From Monocercomonoides exilis PA203 (lineage: Eukaryota > Protista > Preaxostyla), in NCBI GenBank assembly GCA_001643675.2, contig LSRY02000018.1, positions 1,178,001-1,242,000 of the forward strand: 64,000 nucleotides of DNA. The letters run 5' to 3'. The notes beneath the pieces were generated by a model that was not told the origin of the DNA, made no database searches, and was given only the letters and a program-made list of their open reading frames with translations. Positions 52,101 through 64,000 of the stretch are shown here, in pieces. How positions within the stretch are numbered: position 1 is the stretch's first letter; each line of letters begins with the position of its first letter. The position numbers and the translations under genes are program-made.

Positions 52101-53829
52101 CCCCAATCCCAAACAGCCTTCCCCCCTCTCCATTCCACATCATCGCATTTCTCGCTTCTCTGCTGTGTTCTGTCGATTCAATCCCAACCACTTTCCCCCC
52201 AATCTCCATTCCCGATTCATATGTGATTTCGCTCCCCACTTTCACAACCCACGAGTGCTCCTCTCCCGAGTGGTCCAGCGCACCTTTCACTGTTTTGCAT
52301 GGCTGGTCTGCTCTCATCCCACATGTCCACTCTTCATCATCTCCAGAGACCACATCCACAAATCGGGTGTCAAACAACGGAATCCATTCATTCTGTGTCC
52401 CTTTCAGAGTGTGATGCAATCTTTTGGACAAAGTGGTGGAAAAGCATTCAACGAATTTGTCTCCCAAAAACAATCCTGATCCATCTTGCACATACACATC
52501 ATTTCCATTGAAATTCGCTCCACATGAATTGTTGTGGAAAAAACAAAATGATACTCTTGAATTGGAATAATCCTTTCCTGGAAATACCGCAAAAAAAAGA
52601 GATCCCGCATCATGCTGGCAACTTGAATTCTGACAATAATATTCTGTAACTGTGAAGTTTGATTTTGTTTGCTCATATCCAACACAACCATCAGTTCCAT
52701 TTCTAACTGTGCTGTTCGCAAAGGTACAATTTGAAATGGAATCCGGTGTATTTGAATATTGATAACTGCTTAATGCTCTGAAATAAATCGACCCACCGGA
52801 GGTGCATTGATAGATATTGTTGAATACAGAATTCTCAATCAAGGATCCATCTAAAACCTCAAGAAAATGCAAACATCCTCCATATCCAATTGAAGTATTT
52901 TCCCCCCTGAAATGTTGTTGAAAACACTCGAATTCACTCTCGTTGAAAGCATTCTTTCCCCACTGATAGCCCCTCCATTGTTCCTTGCTGAACACTTTTG
53001 GAATTGACATCTTGTGGCTGTGAGAGCAGATTCTAACCCTGAAATTGAAATTGCGCCACCAGATGTTGCTGAGCAATTGATGAAAGTGTCATCTTCAAAG
53101 GATCCCGAGCAATTCAAAGACTGATGCCCTTCAACATCGGAATATGTTTGATTCGCATTCTTGACTCTGTTGATGTTTGTGTATGTGTTGTTGATCGAGT
53201 TCAAATGAGACATAGTACAACAGCCTGGGTTGACGATGCCCCCATAAAACACATCTTCCATCGAAACGAAACAGCAGCCAACCATTGTTGTTTGGCAGCC
53301 ATCCCTTCCAACATTTCTGTGTCCTCCCACTTTCCTTTCCACAGAAATGTTGCTGAACACTGTCTCACACATCCAGATGCTGTTTGTTCCATAGGCATCC
53401 ATGAACGGCCCCTCTGAAACGGAGAGTGACAAAAAATTCGAGGATTTCAAAAGAACTGAGCCACTTGCCCCATCTTTTCTGCCAATCTGCCTGTTCGAAA
53501 AAAGCGAATTCACACACATTCCCTGCTTCCCTGATCCAACTGAAATATTGTTCATTTCCACAACACCAGCAACACTCACAAAAAACGAACTTCCCATCAC
53601 ACCCTCTGCTTCCAGCTCACAGTCAGATATCTTCATTTCAGACAGAACATCCACAGTTTCCACCACTCCTATACTCCCTTTCAACAAACACGACCGGGAA
53701 AGAACAAGGGATGAATTCACCAGATGAGCGCATGTCCTCACTTGGCAATGCTCATTGATCTTATTTTTTGGTGTGATTGTGTAGTTTTGAGGCTCACTTG
53801 TCACAAAATGTCTTTCTATTTGATTTTCT
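40083..53829. repeat. Giant palindrome, right arm (~13.7 kb)
   Basis: Reverse complement of 26161-39875. Confidence 0.97.
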
Positions 53830-53903
53830 TCTTTTATGTTCTTTAACCCTGACGCAAAAACATCAACACAGCAGAAAAGTTGGAGAAGAAAAAACAACAC
53901 CAT
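41282..53903 (-). CDS. Giant (~4,200 aa) single-pass receptor-like protein, copy 2 (few frameshifts)
   Basis: ORFs 52851..53903, 49891..53076, 49310..49945, 46327..49326 and 41282..46384 join at single-base G-run indels; own signal peptide MVLFFLLQLFCCVDVFA. Confidence 0.9.
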
Positions 53904-54197
53904 TCACTCACTTTTTGACGAGAGTTGGAAAGAAATTAGAAGAAAGAAACGAATAAAAACAATTTATAAAAGATCTCACAAATTATTAAATGAATTAGCA
54001 CAACCATTTTTGATAATTGATGAGATTGTTCAAAGTTTTAATCTTGTTATTTTGCATAAAAATATAAGAATATGCAAAAAAAAATTTACCAAAGAAATAG
54101 TTTTAAAACATGTTTCATATTTATTGCAAAGCATTTGAATTTTAAAATATTTGTTAAGATTGACAAGTAGAAATAAAATGAAAATTGTTTGTCTTTG

Positions 54198-57138
54198 ATG
54201 AAAAAAAATGAAGAATCTTTTCTGAATTTTTCTGCAAGAACGAAGAAAGTGATGAAAAGTTGTATTTTTGAGAGAAAAGACCCAAACTTATTTATTGTCA
54301 ATGGAATGGATGGAAAAACTGGCTTCGTTTGCATAGATGCTCACAAAAACGTATGCGCACATAGATGTTTTCCAATTTAAAATCTATTTGCAATATTTGT
54401 ATTTTTTTTCAAAATAAAACTGAAGCTGCCTCAAGAGGAAAGGAAGATTCATTCGTTGTTTACTTTGACTCAAGGGGCTTCATTCAGTGATGATAATTCC
54501 GTGCATTTTTCTGGCAGCAGCCATTTTCCAACTGCATCGCGGAATCAATCACAATCAGTTCGAAAACGTTTGATTATTTGTTTTGAGGCAAAAACTGCTT
54601 ATTCTTCGCTTCTAGATTCCAATAATGCCATGAAATGTGGGCCATCAGGTTCCAACGTGTCCTCGTCTCCCTTTTTATACAGCATGGAAACACTCACACA
54701 GGTTGGGCATCACGAGCAGAATTCTGGTTTGTTTTTCGTTTGAGATGTTTGCTTTGAATATTTGATGAAAAGACGTTCTTTTTTGATTGCAACAATAAGG
54801 CGCATCAGCAGACTTTCTTGCATCGCATGTTCGTCATCCGTCTTCTGTTCCCATTTGCGACGCTTCTTTCAAGGCGCAAGCAGAAAGCAAAGTTGGAAAT
54901 GAAGGAGAAAGGCTCTTATCAGTGGGAAATCTTCGTTCGGATGAAGCATTGTTGAGTGAAAAGGTTGAAGGGGCTGATGAAAAGCGTGAGTGCTTTTTCC
55001 AGCAAAGGGTGGATTTGGGGGGTCAATTGCGTTTTGAAGCATCTGCAAGGAAAGAAATATGTGAGGCCGGATTTATTCCTTCGCTGAACAAAATGGAGGA
55101 ATTTGAGGTGCTGGACGAAATAAGGGCAGCACTTTTGAGAAAGAAGAGTGCTTTGAAAGAGGAAAGCGGGGAAAGCAGACTGACAAGGAAAAGTGATATT
55201 GGCAAGCGATTGAACAAGCAGACTGAAAGAGAGACAGAAATCATAGATTTCTCAGCAGGCAGCGACGCGAATGGGCACAAATCAGGCCTTTTGGCAGAGA
55301 CAGTCACTGTGCAGAATGAACCCTCACAAGTCGCATTGACACAAGCACCAATAGATGCAGAGGATGAATGTGTGTCTTCTTCATCAGAGGCTGAGGCATG
55401 TGAAAGGATAGCCAGCTGGCAGCCGAGCGAAGTCCGGAATCAAATGCTGTGTGGAGACATCGATGCAGCAGTCGGAGGGAGGCGGCAGTCACGGGCAGAG
55501 CATGCGAGTCGGATGGCGCTGGTTGCGAAGTGGAAAGAGGAAGACAAGCTGTGGATGCGACTGGAGAAGTGGCAAGGTGTTTCAGAGTGTGTGGCGAAGG
55601 GACAGACAGACTCTGGCGCTGATGCTGATGCTGTTGTTGTGCAGAAGGAAAAAGGAAATTTCGGATCGGGGTTGTTGGAAGATGACGGGCAGAAATTGGA
55701 CTGTGCGCATGGTGCAGAATTGGGGAATGAAGGCTTCTTCGGATTGAAAAGAAGAAGAAGGGCGCGTTTGACAAAAAGACAGATCAGAGAGGCGAAGGAG
55801 CACTGGAAGCTGTTTGGGGAGTGGATCAGAAAGGGGTGGATGTTTGATGGGGCAGAGGCAGCTGAATGGGACAAGGCAGAGGCAAAGATCGGAAGAGCTG
55901 TTCAAGGCTGTGGGAAGGAGACTGATGAAAGGGCGGAAGCTGCGATGACAGCAGAAGAAGCAAAGAGGCTTTTGGATGAGGAAGGCACAGAAGGAGTGAT
56001 GGGTAGTGGAGCGCAAAGAGACTTTCGGAGTATGCTGGCGAAGGAGGAAAGGGAGGAAAGAAGGCAAGAAATGGAAAAGAGCATGACGACTTTGGAAAGG
56101 TTCTGGCTGAGGCAAAGCAGGAAAAGGGAGAGAAAGAAAGGAAAAGCGAAAGAGGTTTGCAATGAGTATGATGAAAGGAATTCCCCAAACACTGAAAACG
56201 AGCAGAATGATTTGCTGTCATTGAATCAAAAGAACATCGCAATCAGAGCCTGTCCTTCACTTTTTCCCGTTTCTTCTTCTTCTTCCTCTTCCTCTTCTTC
56301 GTCTGCAGTGACTTCATCATTGCTGTTGCCAAGCTCAACAACAAAAACAGAGGATAGCCAAGTCAATCCACTTTTTTGTTGTTCTGGTTCTTCTGGGATA
56401 TGCTCATCAGATGATTCTTTTTTTGAAGAAGCCACAAATTGCGAGCAGAGCAGCAAAAGGCAGAGCTTCGAGGAGAGCAGTTGCGACATGCCTTCCAAGC
56501 GAACGAAATGTCAAGTGTGTTTGTGCTCTTGGTTGGGCAATGAGAAAGATGCAGATGTTGCTGTGATGCATCGCCCGCTGCAAGCACCAGAGAATGCAGC
56601 TGGCTTGGCGACTTCGGTTGTTTTGTCGATGGCGCTCTCTGCATCGCTTGATCGTTCTGCTCGCCATTCCGCCAAGAGTTTTCCGTCTTTGATGGCAGCC
56701 AATGTACATTTTCATCCATCTCATTGTGATCCTGCTCGGCTCCCGAAGAGCAGCAAAACAGCAGCATCCAGCTGTCATTGTTCTTTTTCTGATCCTTTTG
56801 AGTTGTGTTTCTGTCTTGAAGATGCGCCTGTCAGATTGCCAACACAGCCATTGAACAACAATCAGTTGCCATGTGGCTCTTCAGACACATGTTTCTCGGT
56901 CAATCCTCAAATGCCTGTGTGTGTTGCTGACTCGGACGAGACACTCCCGCGGTTCACAGACACAGTCAATGGAGCTCGCAAAATCAAGCGAATGCAGAAG
57001 CGCGGGTTTGATCCAGAGTTGTTTGTGAGACAGAAGAAGCGAATGTTTGAGGAGGTCAGATCTTCAAGTGCAATCGTTCTCCCTTTTCGGCTGTTTTATG
57101 CTTCGGTATTTCAAAATGTTATTTGTATCATACCTTAA
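54198..57138 (+). CDS. Hypothetical protein, probably multi-exon; charged central region
   Basis: 738-aa ORF whose frame is open from ~54800; candidate upstream exons 54198-54350 (gtatg donor) and ~54420-54727; no recognised domain. Confidence 0.6.
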
Positions 57139-57400
57139 AGATAATCAAAAATTCATTTTATTGTTTGTATTTATTAATATAATTTTTAATTATCAGATTG
57201 TTTTAATGGTTTTGTTAAATTTGACACAAAAATTAAGTTTAATAATTAAAAATGGTCAATAGCCATTATAATTTTATAAATTTTTTTATTCATTTATTTA
57301 ACTTTTTGTTGCTTACATATAAAAGGTTAATCAATAATATTGGTTGTGTTTTTTCATTAGCATTAATTTATTTATTTATATAATTTATTAATTGAAAGAG

Positions 57401-60400
57401 ATGGAACCACCGTTTTTGGAGCACATATTTTGTGCTGAATTCGATTTAGGAACAGGATGTGAGTTACGTTTTTTTTATCCAGAGCAATTGCCCACAAAAT
57501 CAGAGTGTGTATCATTTATTTATTTTCATAAAGTGAATGTTGCAATGCATGAAAATTTTAGAAAAATTGCTGATTTAATGTTACCAGATCAGGTGTGTTG
57601 TTGAATTTGCAACATCGTTTCATTCTTTTCGTTTCTTATGTTAATAAACGCATTGAATGTGTGATGAAATGTCCTTCAGGGTTTGTCTTTTTGTTTGTAT
57701 TAATTCTTAAACTGCTTTTTGTAAGTTCATACAAGAGAAGCTGATTTTACAACATTTATTTTGAGACACATTTATCCAAATTCTTCGCAAAGAGTTGTTT
57801 CAGAGAAATGGATTTTGCCTCGGACTCAGCAAAAAAAGCCTAAACTATTTCAGCCAACTTTAACCACTGTGAATGTCAAACCAAATACTTCATTTGTTAG
57901 CGTCCCAACAAAGACTTCGTTACCTGTCTTAGAAATGCGTTGTTGCATTTTTCAATATTCTACAGAAACGTTAAAGTGGGAAGTACTGGGAAACAGAGAT
58001 ATCACGTTGGAGCAGGTTGATGATGAATCAACTCGTTCAATCTGTGCAACATTTCAACACAAAGTTGTTCTTAGCGATGTTGTAACTATTTATGCTACAG
58101 ATGAGCCTCAGTCTTCACCTTCAGCTTCATCGTCAACAGACTCGGCTGAGAAGGGGGATGTGTCCGGAACTGAAAGATCATCAACCTCTGTTGGAACTTC
58201 AACTCAGACAGCCAACAAGATTCTTAACATCAAAAAGAATCCGTTTCAGCTGACCAGCCAGCAGCAAAACACACGCCCGCCTTCAGTTGAGCTAACTTTA
58301 CCATCTTCTTCCTCCTCTTCTACTTTCTCTTCTTCTTCTTCCTCCTCCTCCTCCTCCTCTGCCTCTCGCCTGCTTCTATCATTCCCTGCCCATCCAGCGC
58401 TTGCCCTCAAAGAAGAGTCTTCTCTTGTTGTGTCGCTCTTCACCCACACAAACATTAAGTTGGCTTTCACTTTTGCTGCTTCTGCTGATGCACAGACATT
58501 CCACAAGCATATGAGCTCATTGGCATCTTCTCATTCTCAATCGGCAGGCTCTTCTTGTTCTTCTGCTTCTTCTGCTTCTTCTTCCTCTTCCTCTTCTTCC
58601 TCTTCCTCTTCTTCCTCTTCAACATCTTCTTCTCCTTCCTCTCCTTCTTCCTCTCTTCCTTCATCTTCTTCTTCTGCTGCCGTTTCATCGCCCAGTTCTT
58701 CCTCTTCTCTTGTTGCATCGCCATTTGGAAGGCGCCCTTCGCTCACTCAATCGCCTTTCAGCAGATCGCCTTCTGTGTCTGCTCAGCGTCCTCCAAACTC
58801 TTCAGTACCTTCTTCTTCTTCTTCTTCCGCATCTTCATCTTCTCCTCCTTCAAATACTTCCTCTCCTTCTTCTTCCTCCTCCTCCTCCTCTTCCTCTTCA
58901 TCCACCTCACCTTCCTCTTCCTCTTCTTCTCCCATCTCTCCCTCTCAGTCCTCTTCCATCCCCACAATCTCCTTCAAACGCTCAGCATCTGTGTCTGCAC
59001 AGCCAACAAGTGTTCATTTGAGGACGCCTTCGTTTCTCTCTCCTTTATCTTCTTCATCTTCCACCTCTTCTTCTTCTTCTTCTTCTTCTTCAAATACTTT
59101 CTCTTCCTCCTCTTCCTCTTCCTCTCTTCATAGCAGCAGCAATAGCAATAGCAATAACACTTACAGCAATTCATATGATGAAGCTGAGGGCACTCTTGTT
59201 CCTGGGCATCCTCTCTTTTGTGTGTCTGCAATTGTCAGAAGAACAGGAAAGCAATACAAAAGGTGTGTGTTTGTGTGAATAAAATATATATAAATATATA
59301 TTGATGATTGATGATTGGGGGGATGGAAAGAATTTATGAATAAAAAATTGTTAGGAAATAATAGATTTAAATTCTATAAAGTATCTTTGTTGAAAACTAC
59401 AAATAAAAAATGGATATCTCTTTAATGTTATAATTTTTACAATAAAATTCTGAATCTCATTTTTTTTTTAAATCAATATATGTGTGTGTGTCTCTTTCTT
59501 TCAGAGGAGCCACAGTGAAAGCGCTGTGTTTTGCCTCAGGTGACCCAGCCATCACAAGTCTATCTGACTTTCTGATGCGCCTTCTTTCACAGCACTTCGA
59601 ATCAATCAACCAGCCATTCATTCACTCCATCTATTCTTCATTGAACGAGGCTATGCGACTCAACTTCCCAACACTCTATGCATCGCCTCCAACTGCTGGT
59701 GGAAGTTATCCTTCTTCTTCGTCTTCTTCGTCTTCTTCTTCTTTATCGTCTTTTTCTTCTTCTACTTCCACTACTTCTTCTCTCTCCTTCCCATCATTAT
59801 CATCATCCTCTTCTTCCTCTTCTTCCTCTTCCTCTTCCAACACCCTCTCCTCATCCAGCCTCCTCTCCACCATTGAGAAGCGCTGTATTAGAGCTACAGA
59901 TTCAACACTCAAAAGACACTTCACAGACACCAAAACAATCGAATTCACAGTCAATGCCCCGATCCCTCCGTCTGCCCAACCTCCTCCTCCGCCTCCTCCT
60001 TCTCTCGCTTCTTCATCCACTTCTTCTCCATTCAATCCAACAATTATCTCTAAACCTCCTGATATTTCATCATCAACATCATCTTCCTCCTCCTCTTCTT
60101 CACAGCCCCCCACAGTCAAACTCCCCCTGTCCATCAAAATCTCCCAGCTTCTTCTCCCCGGCGAGCTTCTTTCTTCCTCCTCTGCTGGCATGTCTGCGGG
60201 CTCTGCTCTTGTCAGTCTCGTCAACACTTTCCATGAGAAGACTATGCAAATCTACAACGCCATCCTCATGGGGCTGCGGGTGATGGTGTATGCCTCCTTA
60301 ACCACTGACTCCTTTGCTGTGTCTTCCTTCGTGCTCTCTTTGACTCAGATGTTCTCACCAGCCATTCCTCCGTCTGCTTTGCTTGCTTCTCGTGTCTTCC

Positions 60401-62276
60401 CTTACACCAACTACGGCAATCTCTCCTTCTTCTCTTTCCCTTCTTTCCTGGCTGGCGTGACCCATCCGCTGTTTCTCGAGAGGAGAGAGAAGTATGATGT
60501 GACAATTGATCTGACAAAGAACGAGGTAAGGTGGAATGTGAGGGATGAAGGAGAGGCATCGCAATGGATGCCGGCACAGACATTTGACACGGCTGAGCTG
60601 TTGGACTACGATGACAGCGCACCAGGAACACCAAACACACCTCCAATTTCTTCTTCTTCTTCTTCTTCTGTTCCTTCTGCTCCTTTTGCTTCCACCCCAA
60701 CAGGAAGAATGAGCAATGGAGGGAGTGCTGCTGCTGATGTTGCTTCTTCTCCTCTTCCTTCTTCTGCTCCTTCTTCCACTTCTTCCACTTCTTCTTCTCT
60801 TCCTTCTTCTCCATTCACTCGCACTAAGCCGCAAGCCCCACCTCCTCCGCCTTCATCCAACTTAACATCATCTTTCCCACAGCCAGTACGCTCTCCTTCT
60901 CCTGTGCTTATTTCTGCTCCTTCATCGTCTCCATTATCTTCTTCTTCCTCCTCCTCCTCCTCTGCTACATCCACTTTTCCTTCCCCATCTCCTTCTCCTT
61001 CTCCCGCTGCCTCCCCTTCTGCTTCGCGTGGTGCATATTTCGATCCGTTGTCTGTTTTGCTGTCTCTTTCCAAGCAACAGTCAGTGTTTGCTGACTTCTC
61101 ATCTTCGATGTCTTCTTTCAAGTCTTCTGTCTCTTCAGCCATCAATGGCGCAAACAGTAGTAGTGGCAGTGGCAGTGGCAATAGCAGCAACAGCAGCACT
61201 TCTTCTACTCCTCCTGCTTCGTCGTCTCCGCCACCTCATCATTCGCCTTCGTCTTCGATCTCCACTTCTTCTCCTTCTGGTTATTCTCCTTCCTCCTCCT
61301 CCTCTTCTTCTTCTTCTTCTTCTTCCAATCAGAAAGCTCGCCAATCGAAGAAGAAGCTGTCGTTCCCGTGGGATTCGATGGATGCGCACTTCATTTCTGC
61401 CGTGCAGTCAGGCATTGAGCAGAGGAAAGGGGAGGAGTGGGTGAAGTGGATGTTCAACAACTACACAAAGGAGATTGTTTCGCTGGCGTTTGAAGAAGAA
61501 ATGGACGAGGACGAAAGAGGAAGTGAAGGAGAGAGAGAAGCGAGTGAGCAGAGGAATGTAGTTGGATCACACAGAACAGCCACACCGCCATTGGCCCCAC
61601 CGCCTTCACCTGCATCACCTGGATTTGGAATGGGAATGGGATCAGGGGTGAGTGGAGGGAAAGAAGGGAAGGAAGGAAAAGAAGGAAAAGAAGTGCAGAA
61701 GATAGAAAAGCTGGAGAGGAAGATTCGGAGGCAGGAGAAAGAGCATATGGAGAAGAAGGAGATCAACCGGGTGCGGCTGGAGCTGTTTCGAAGAACGACG
61801 ACTGGGAAGATGATGCGAGCAGAGCTGGCAGAGAGGAAGAGCAGGACAACAATACAAGATTGCGATGCTGAGGCGATTGTGGATCTGCTGAAGGTTTGTG
61901 AAAGAGAAGAAAACTTGGAAGGACTTTTGTGTTGATTGAGACTTTTTATTTCATTTTTTTTTTATAATTTTTTTTTCTTTTAATAATTGTTTTGTTTTAA
62001 TTTTATTTTATTTTTTATTTCATTGGACGAATGAATGAATGAATGAATTTTCAATGATTTGTTTATTCTTATCTTGTTCTTGTTTGTTTTTATCATGAAA
62101 ACCGAAAAAATTGTTTATTATGCTCATTGCGAATATATGTGAACATTTCTTGATGAATACAAATTTTGTTTAAATAGACGCATCATCACATCTCTCCGTC
62201 AGACACGTACACTTTATTGAAGCAGCTCAACAAATCTGTTACTTCTGAAGTGCAAATCATGGAAGTTTGAATAAGT

Positions 62277-62333
<57 letters not shown>

Positions 62334-62602
62334 ACTATTGTTCACAATTTTATAATTGTTCGATTAATATCAATGAATTATATATGCGTTTTATATGTCA
62401 ATTCAACTAACGCACATAGTTGTTATCCTATCTTCCGTCAGCTGAGGGCGGAATAAACATTCTTGGCGTGTTTCTGATGCACAGCAGTCCCCATGTGAAG
62501 GAAGAGATTAAAAGCTTACTGAATAAAATCCGTCATTCGCAGCACGGGCTAATTGCGTTGGGGGCTTTGAATAAATTCCTGTCATTGGAATTGTCTTATT
62601 AG
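57401..62602 (+). CDS. Afi1/MesA-like DENN-related protein (Afi1 + SPA domains) with long poly-Ser insertions; multi-exon
   Basis: HIFCAEFDLGTG...YP, IADLMLPDQ..H.READFTTFIL, KR|GATVKAL, IYNAILMGLRV, RVFPYTN, FLAGVTHPLF, YDVTIDL and C-terminal LSYLPSAEGG; AT-rich introns between the exons. Confidence 0.8.
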
Positions 62603-63313
62603 AGATAAAAAATTACATGGCTATTTTGAAACAAAATTAATTGTAAATATAAGAAATGATGTATTTTTTTTAATTATTTTATTTATAATGTTATTAAATT
62701 GAATCTTCAACAAAAATCTTCTTTTTTGACATTTTCATCAACGTAATTTTTTATTTAATAGAACTTACCCAAACAATTCGAGCAGTTTTTAATCTGTTCA
62801 TTTTTTATGAAAATTAAAGAAAATAATTATACTCATAATTATTTTTTGTAAGAAGAATTTTTTGTTTTTGTTTTTGTTTTTCATATAGCGAACATTTATT
62901 GATTGAGAGAAATGGTAAACGCAACAAGTTCTCTATTCTTGTGACAAACAAAATTTTTCTTTAAAAATTGCGAAAAATTAGAAAAAAAACATTCTCCTTT
63001 TAAAAAATCAAAATAAATTTTTAAAATAAAACAATAATAAATAAATCTGTTCTGCATAACAAAAACAATAATGAAATGTTTTCTTTGAAGAAGTTATAAA
63101 AAAATAAAATGCAATCATCTCAAAAGCAATCACCAATAAAAAATCAACATCAACAAAAATAGCAGAAAGTATAATCTTTAAAAGCGCAATTCAAAATAAA
63201 AAGAAAACTAACATAAATATGTTTGTCAATATTAAAGCACACAGTCAAATTTAACATTTGACAAATAAAAAACGGCTCATTAAAATCTCAAAAACAAAGC
63301 ATGTTTGCGAGTC

Positions 63314-64000
63314 TCAAACATATCCGTCTTCTTTCATAATTGCTCTTGGTTCCACTTCCATTTCCACAGCCACTGAAGAACTGAAAGCTTGATTGGTGAA
63401 CTTATCATTTCCTGCTCCACTTGTACCAACTGTCATGACTTGTTTCATTTGCAGCTTCTCCATTTCAATTGCTGCCTCGCGACTTAATTTCTCGTTTTCT
63501 TCCTTTTTCTTTCTTTCTTCTTCCTCTTTGTCAATTTTTTCTTCAATCTTTCTTTCTTTTCTTGTCAAAAACCATCTCCACTCCTTTTTCCTTCTCCAGT
63601 CTTTTATTCTCCGCTCCACACACGGACGCATGACTCCTTTCAATTCGTCCGAAAATTCATCATCCGACAAGGATCTCATTACACCCAATGAAAATAAGCA
63701 TGCCAAAAAGCATGAACAAATTAATATAATCACATAGCAGGCAATTAGAGATGCTCCAGTTGCAATCAATGCGATTCTTGCATTCCTCGTGGTGGATTTC
63801 CCCTTTATGGATAATCCAACAATTAAAATTGTAATTCCAGCAACAAGCAGAAACATCGCAAATAGTCCCAAATTTGAATCTGTGAGACAAAATCTTTCGT
63901 TGCAAGCAACTCTTTTCTTCTCTTTTTCCCAAATTCGTTTAAATTCAGCTATCACAGCTTTTTGATCTTCATCAAGGCATCTGTCATTTAGAAAAGTGTT
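63314..64000 (-). CDS. Hypothetical membrane protein (2 TM helices, charged tail); 5' end beyond the window
   Basis: Hydrophobic segments LGLFAMFLLVAGITILIVGLSI and IALIATGASLIACYVIILICSCFLACLFSL; frame open to the window edge. Confidence 0.7.
   Translation of the reverse strand, partial: NTFLNDRCLDEDQKAVIAEFKRIWEKEKKRVACNERFCLTDSNLGLFAMFLLVAGITILIVGLSIKGKSTTRNARIALIATGASLIACYVIILICSCFLACLFSLGVMRSLSDDEFSDELKGVMRPCVERRIKDWRRKKEWRWFLTRKERKIEEKIDKEEEERKKKEENEKLSREAAIEMEKLQMKQVMTVGTSGAGNDKFTNQAFSSSVAVEMEVEPRAIMKEDGYV

Noticed and set aside
27500-52500. Numerous long Pro/Ser/His/Thr-rich ORFs antisense to the giant genes
   Set aside because: Shadow ORFs caused by the G-rich skew of the coding strand; no independent motifs.
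62278-62329. Long poly-T run as a retro-element tail
   Set aside because: Lies within a probable intron of the Afi1-like gene, like the run in the CLC intron; no TSD or element body.

Overview
AT-rich, intron-containing eukaryotic (protist) DNA in the standard genetic code. The poly-Ser/poly-Glu low-complexity proteins and giant GGAI/Cys-motif membrane proteins resemble an oxymonad such as Monocercomonoides (inference). Left to right: (1) a CLC chloride channel running off the left edge, with Val in place of the gating Glu; (2) a ~12.7 kb interval bracketed by ~578-bp near-identical inverted repeats, containing a Sola-like DDD transposase, decayed host genes (two head-to-head surface-receptor paralogues) and a perfect 41-bp hairpin; (3) a decayed pogo/DDE_1 transposase, and a CAGT/TA MITE inserted in a pseudogene; (4) a ~260-bp MITE-like family; (5) a ~27.7 kb palindrome (two ~13.7 kb arms, ~207-bp spacer) carrying two tail-to-tail copies of a ~4,200-aa receptor-like protein with eight ~385-aa modules, a TM helix and a kinase C-lobe. 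The copies are nearly identical apart from their signal peptides and upstream regions, and the palindrome axis sits inside a MITE copy; (6) ordinary genes at right: a hypothetical protein, an Afi1/MesA-like DENN protein and a partial membrane protein. All coordinates were read by eye and may be a few bases off.
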